From the NCBI RefSeq assembly GCF_009914755.1, contig NC_060947.1: a stretch of 64,000 bases of DNA; one strand, given 5' to 3'. The stretch is from the human T2T-CHM13v2.0 reference genome, Homo sapiens. Shown one piece after another: positions 62,200 to 64,000 of this stretch. The number at the start of each line of letters is the position of its first letter. The first letter of the stretch is position 1. The position numbers and the translations under genes are program-made. The notes below the pieces were generated by a model, which was not told the DNA's origin, did no database searches, and worked only from the letters and a program-made list of their open reading frames with translations.

Positions 62200-63858
62200 A
62201 ATGGGTGACTAGACACAGCCAGTTGGAACAGCTGCAACCAAGAGACTGAGATGACTTGTGCACTCCTTACAGATTTTCAAAGGAAAGGCACTTACAGTGG
62301 ATGGACAAAAGACAGAAGCTGGACAGAAGTGGGAGAATGATGGGAACCCCATGGAAGGCTACCATGCACCAGGAATTATTTCTGCCTCCCAATGACTCCA
62401 GGGAATGGGTGAGTTGAACTATCAATGAGCAAACTGCTCTTGCCATGGGCCTCTATAATCCCAACAAGAGGAGACTTCTCAACAATTAGGGACACTTGAG
62501 CTAGCATGGGGAGCTGATTAGAGAACTGGTAGGGGAAGTCTGCCAGATAAAGGGGAGCCCAGAGGAATTGCTGCAGGAGCATTTGTAGTGAAGCATAGCC
62601 AGAGAAGCTCATCTCTCTAGGCTCGACTTGATCCCATAGTAGACTTTAGCCCTAAAGGAAGTGTCAGACCTATTCTCTGCAAGGCAGTTTTACCTATCAA
62701 ATGGGGCTGGTCCAACCTGAGCATTATTTATTTTACTGGTCTCTCCCAGGGTCCCAGCCTGGCAGTGCCTGTTTTTGGGCAGCCTTGAATGCCCTCGAGT
62801 CCTGTATCACACCTCTTGTTATGGTGAACCATGTCTGAATGGCAGAGAACTGCACCAGGGCCACCCCTAAAGCCATGCAATAGCTGACCTGCTTCCTCAC
62901 AACACTGCAGCTTCCTCGAGGCCCACGGCATCCCCTACATTGCTGTGTCAGTACATGTATGTGTGAGTGGGTTATGCCTTCTTTGCTCCACCATCATGCT
63001 TGTGTGTGTGCATCCTGCCCTGCCACTGTTGTGGTGGGAATGCACTCCACCCTCTCCCCTGCCAGACCATCATTGCAGTTGGAGTCTTGGTGAGCAAAAG
63101 GCCAGCCAGCCCCAGCCCTACCAATTCCCCATCCTTGTACCAAAACTGCTGCAGGAGTAAAACTAGTAATATAGGAGTTAAGAAGAAATAACTTAGGCTG
63201 ATAGCAAGGGCATCAGAGACATCAGTAAGTCTTTCTTTCTCATGAAAAACAGCCCCAAATTATTATCTAACAAAGAGCAGCCTGCAAGCTGGGAGCTTGC
63301 ATGGTGAACGCCAGCAGGAACTAAGGACTAGACATGTTCAAGATGGCGACTCCATCTTCCCTTCTCTGCCAACCACGTGTACAGCGAGAAGTAGACAAGA
63401 TTGTGACAATCAACTGGAAAACTCATTTTCCTAAGATTAGGGTGGGGTGACCAGCCTTCCCTGTGTGCTATGTAAACATCATACCTGATCAAACCAATCT
63501 GTGAGCCTTATGTAAATCAAACACCACCTCCTAAAACTGGACTATACAACCTGGTGCATTTGCTGCCTGCCTGTCCTTTCCAGTCAGAAACCCCTTCCTC
63601 TACAGAGGAAACTGTTTATCTTTCACTTCTCTTCTACATATTAAACCTCCACTCCTAAACTCTTTGTGTGTGTCCGTGTCCGAAATTTTTGTGGCATGTG
63701 AAAATGAACCTCAGTGTATAGACCCCAGACAATGTAGCCGCTTCACTAGGCACAGAGAGACACTTACTCTCCCCAAGCCAGAGTAAACACTCTTGCCTAT
63801 GGCAAAGAAAACACACACACACAAATACACCTGCAACCATCAGTGCTTTATCCCCCTG
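62200..63858 (+). mobile_element. L1PA15/16-PB-like 5' UTR, split by an LTR
   Basis: aatgggtgactagacacagccag start motif; continues after TSD ctag. Confidence 0.65.
63167..63745 (+). mobile_element. MER61/LTR9-family ERV1 solo LTR
   Basis: 4-bp TSD ctag on both sides; caagatggcgactccatcttcc, CCAAT and attaaa signals; ends cttca. Confidence 0.8.
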
Positions 63859-63859
63859 A

Positions 63860-64000
63860 TTTTTTTTTCTTTTTTATTTATATTATAGTTTAAGTTCTGG
63901 GATACATGTGCAGAACTTGGTGGTTTGTTACATAGGTATACACGTGCCATGGTGATTTGCTGCATCCATCAACCCATCATCTACATTAGATGTTTCTCCT
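63860..64000 (-). mobile_element. L1PA7/8-like 3' end (runs off window)
   Basis: T tail followed by taagttctgggatacatgtgcagaac…. Confidence 0.88.

Overview
This is primate genomic DNA (human or great ape, judged from AluY and an L1PA2-type copy), almost entirely derived from transposable elements. I see no host gene, RNA gene or CRISPR array, and the supplied ORFs are LINE-1 ORF1/ORF2 remnants, antisense frames of repeats, or chance ORFs. The window holds two piles of nested insertions. (1) ~820-16375: an old full-span L1MA (minus strand) carrying a THE1 LTR, a short L1PA, a near-full-length L1PA4/5, a 32-bp AT-rich minisatellite with an inverted templated segment, an AluJ and an L1PB/PA16 end. 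(2) ~17300-64000: an L1MD-type element split by an L1MA6-8 and a MER31-like ERV. These in turn hold an LTR27/MER4-group provirus, a MER4 provirus, THE1 elements, MER11, several L1PAs (two twin-primed) and Alus. I found no new biological system. The most unusual structures are a ~319-bp direct duplication flanking a MER11 solo LTR, a 3'-truncated L1 bounded by an apparent target-site duplication with an internal inversion, a minisatellite fused to an inverted duplication, and a tail-to-tail Alu pair about 40 bp apart. Subfamily names come from recalled consensus sequences and need Dfam/RepeatMasker confirmation.
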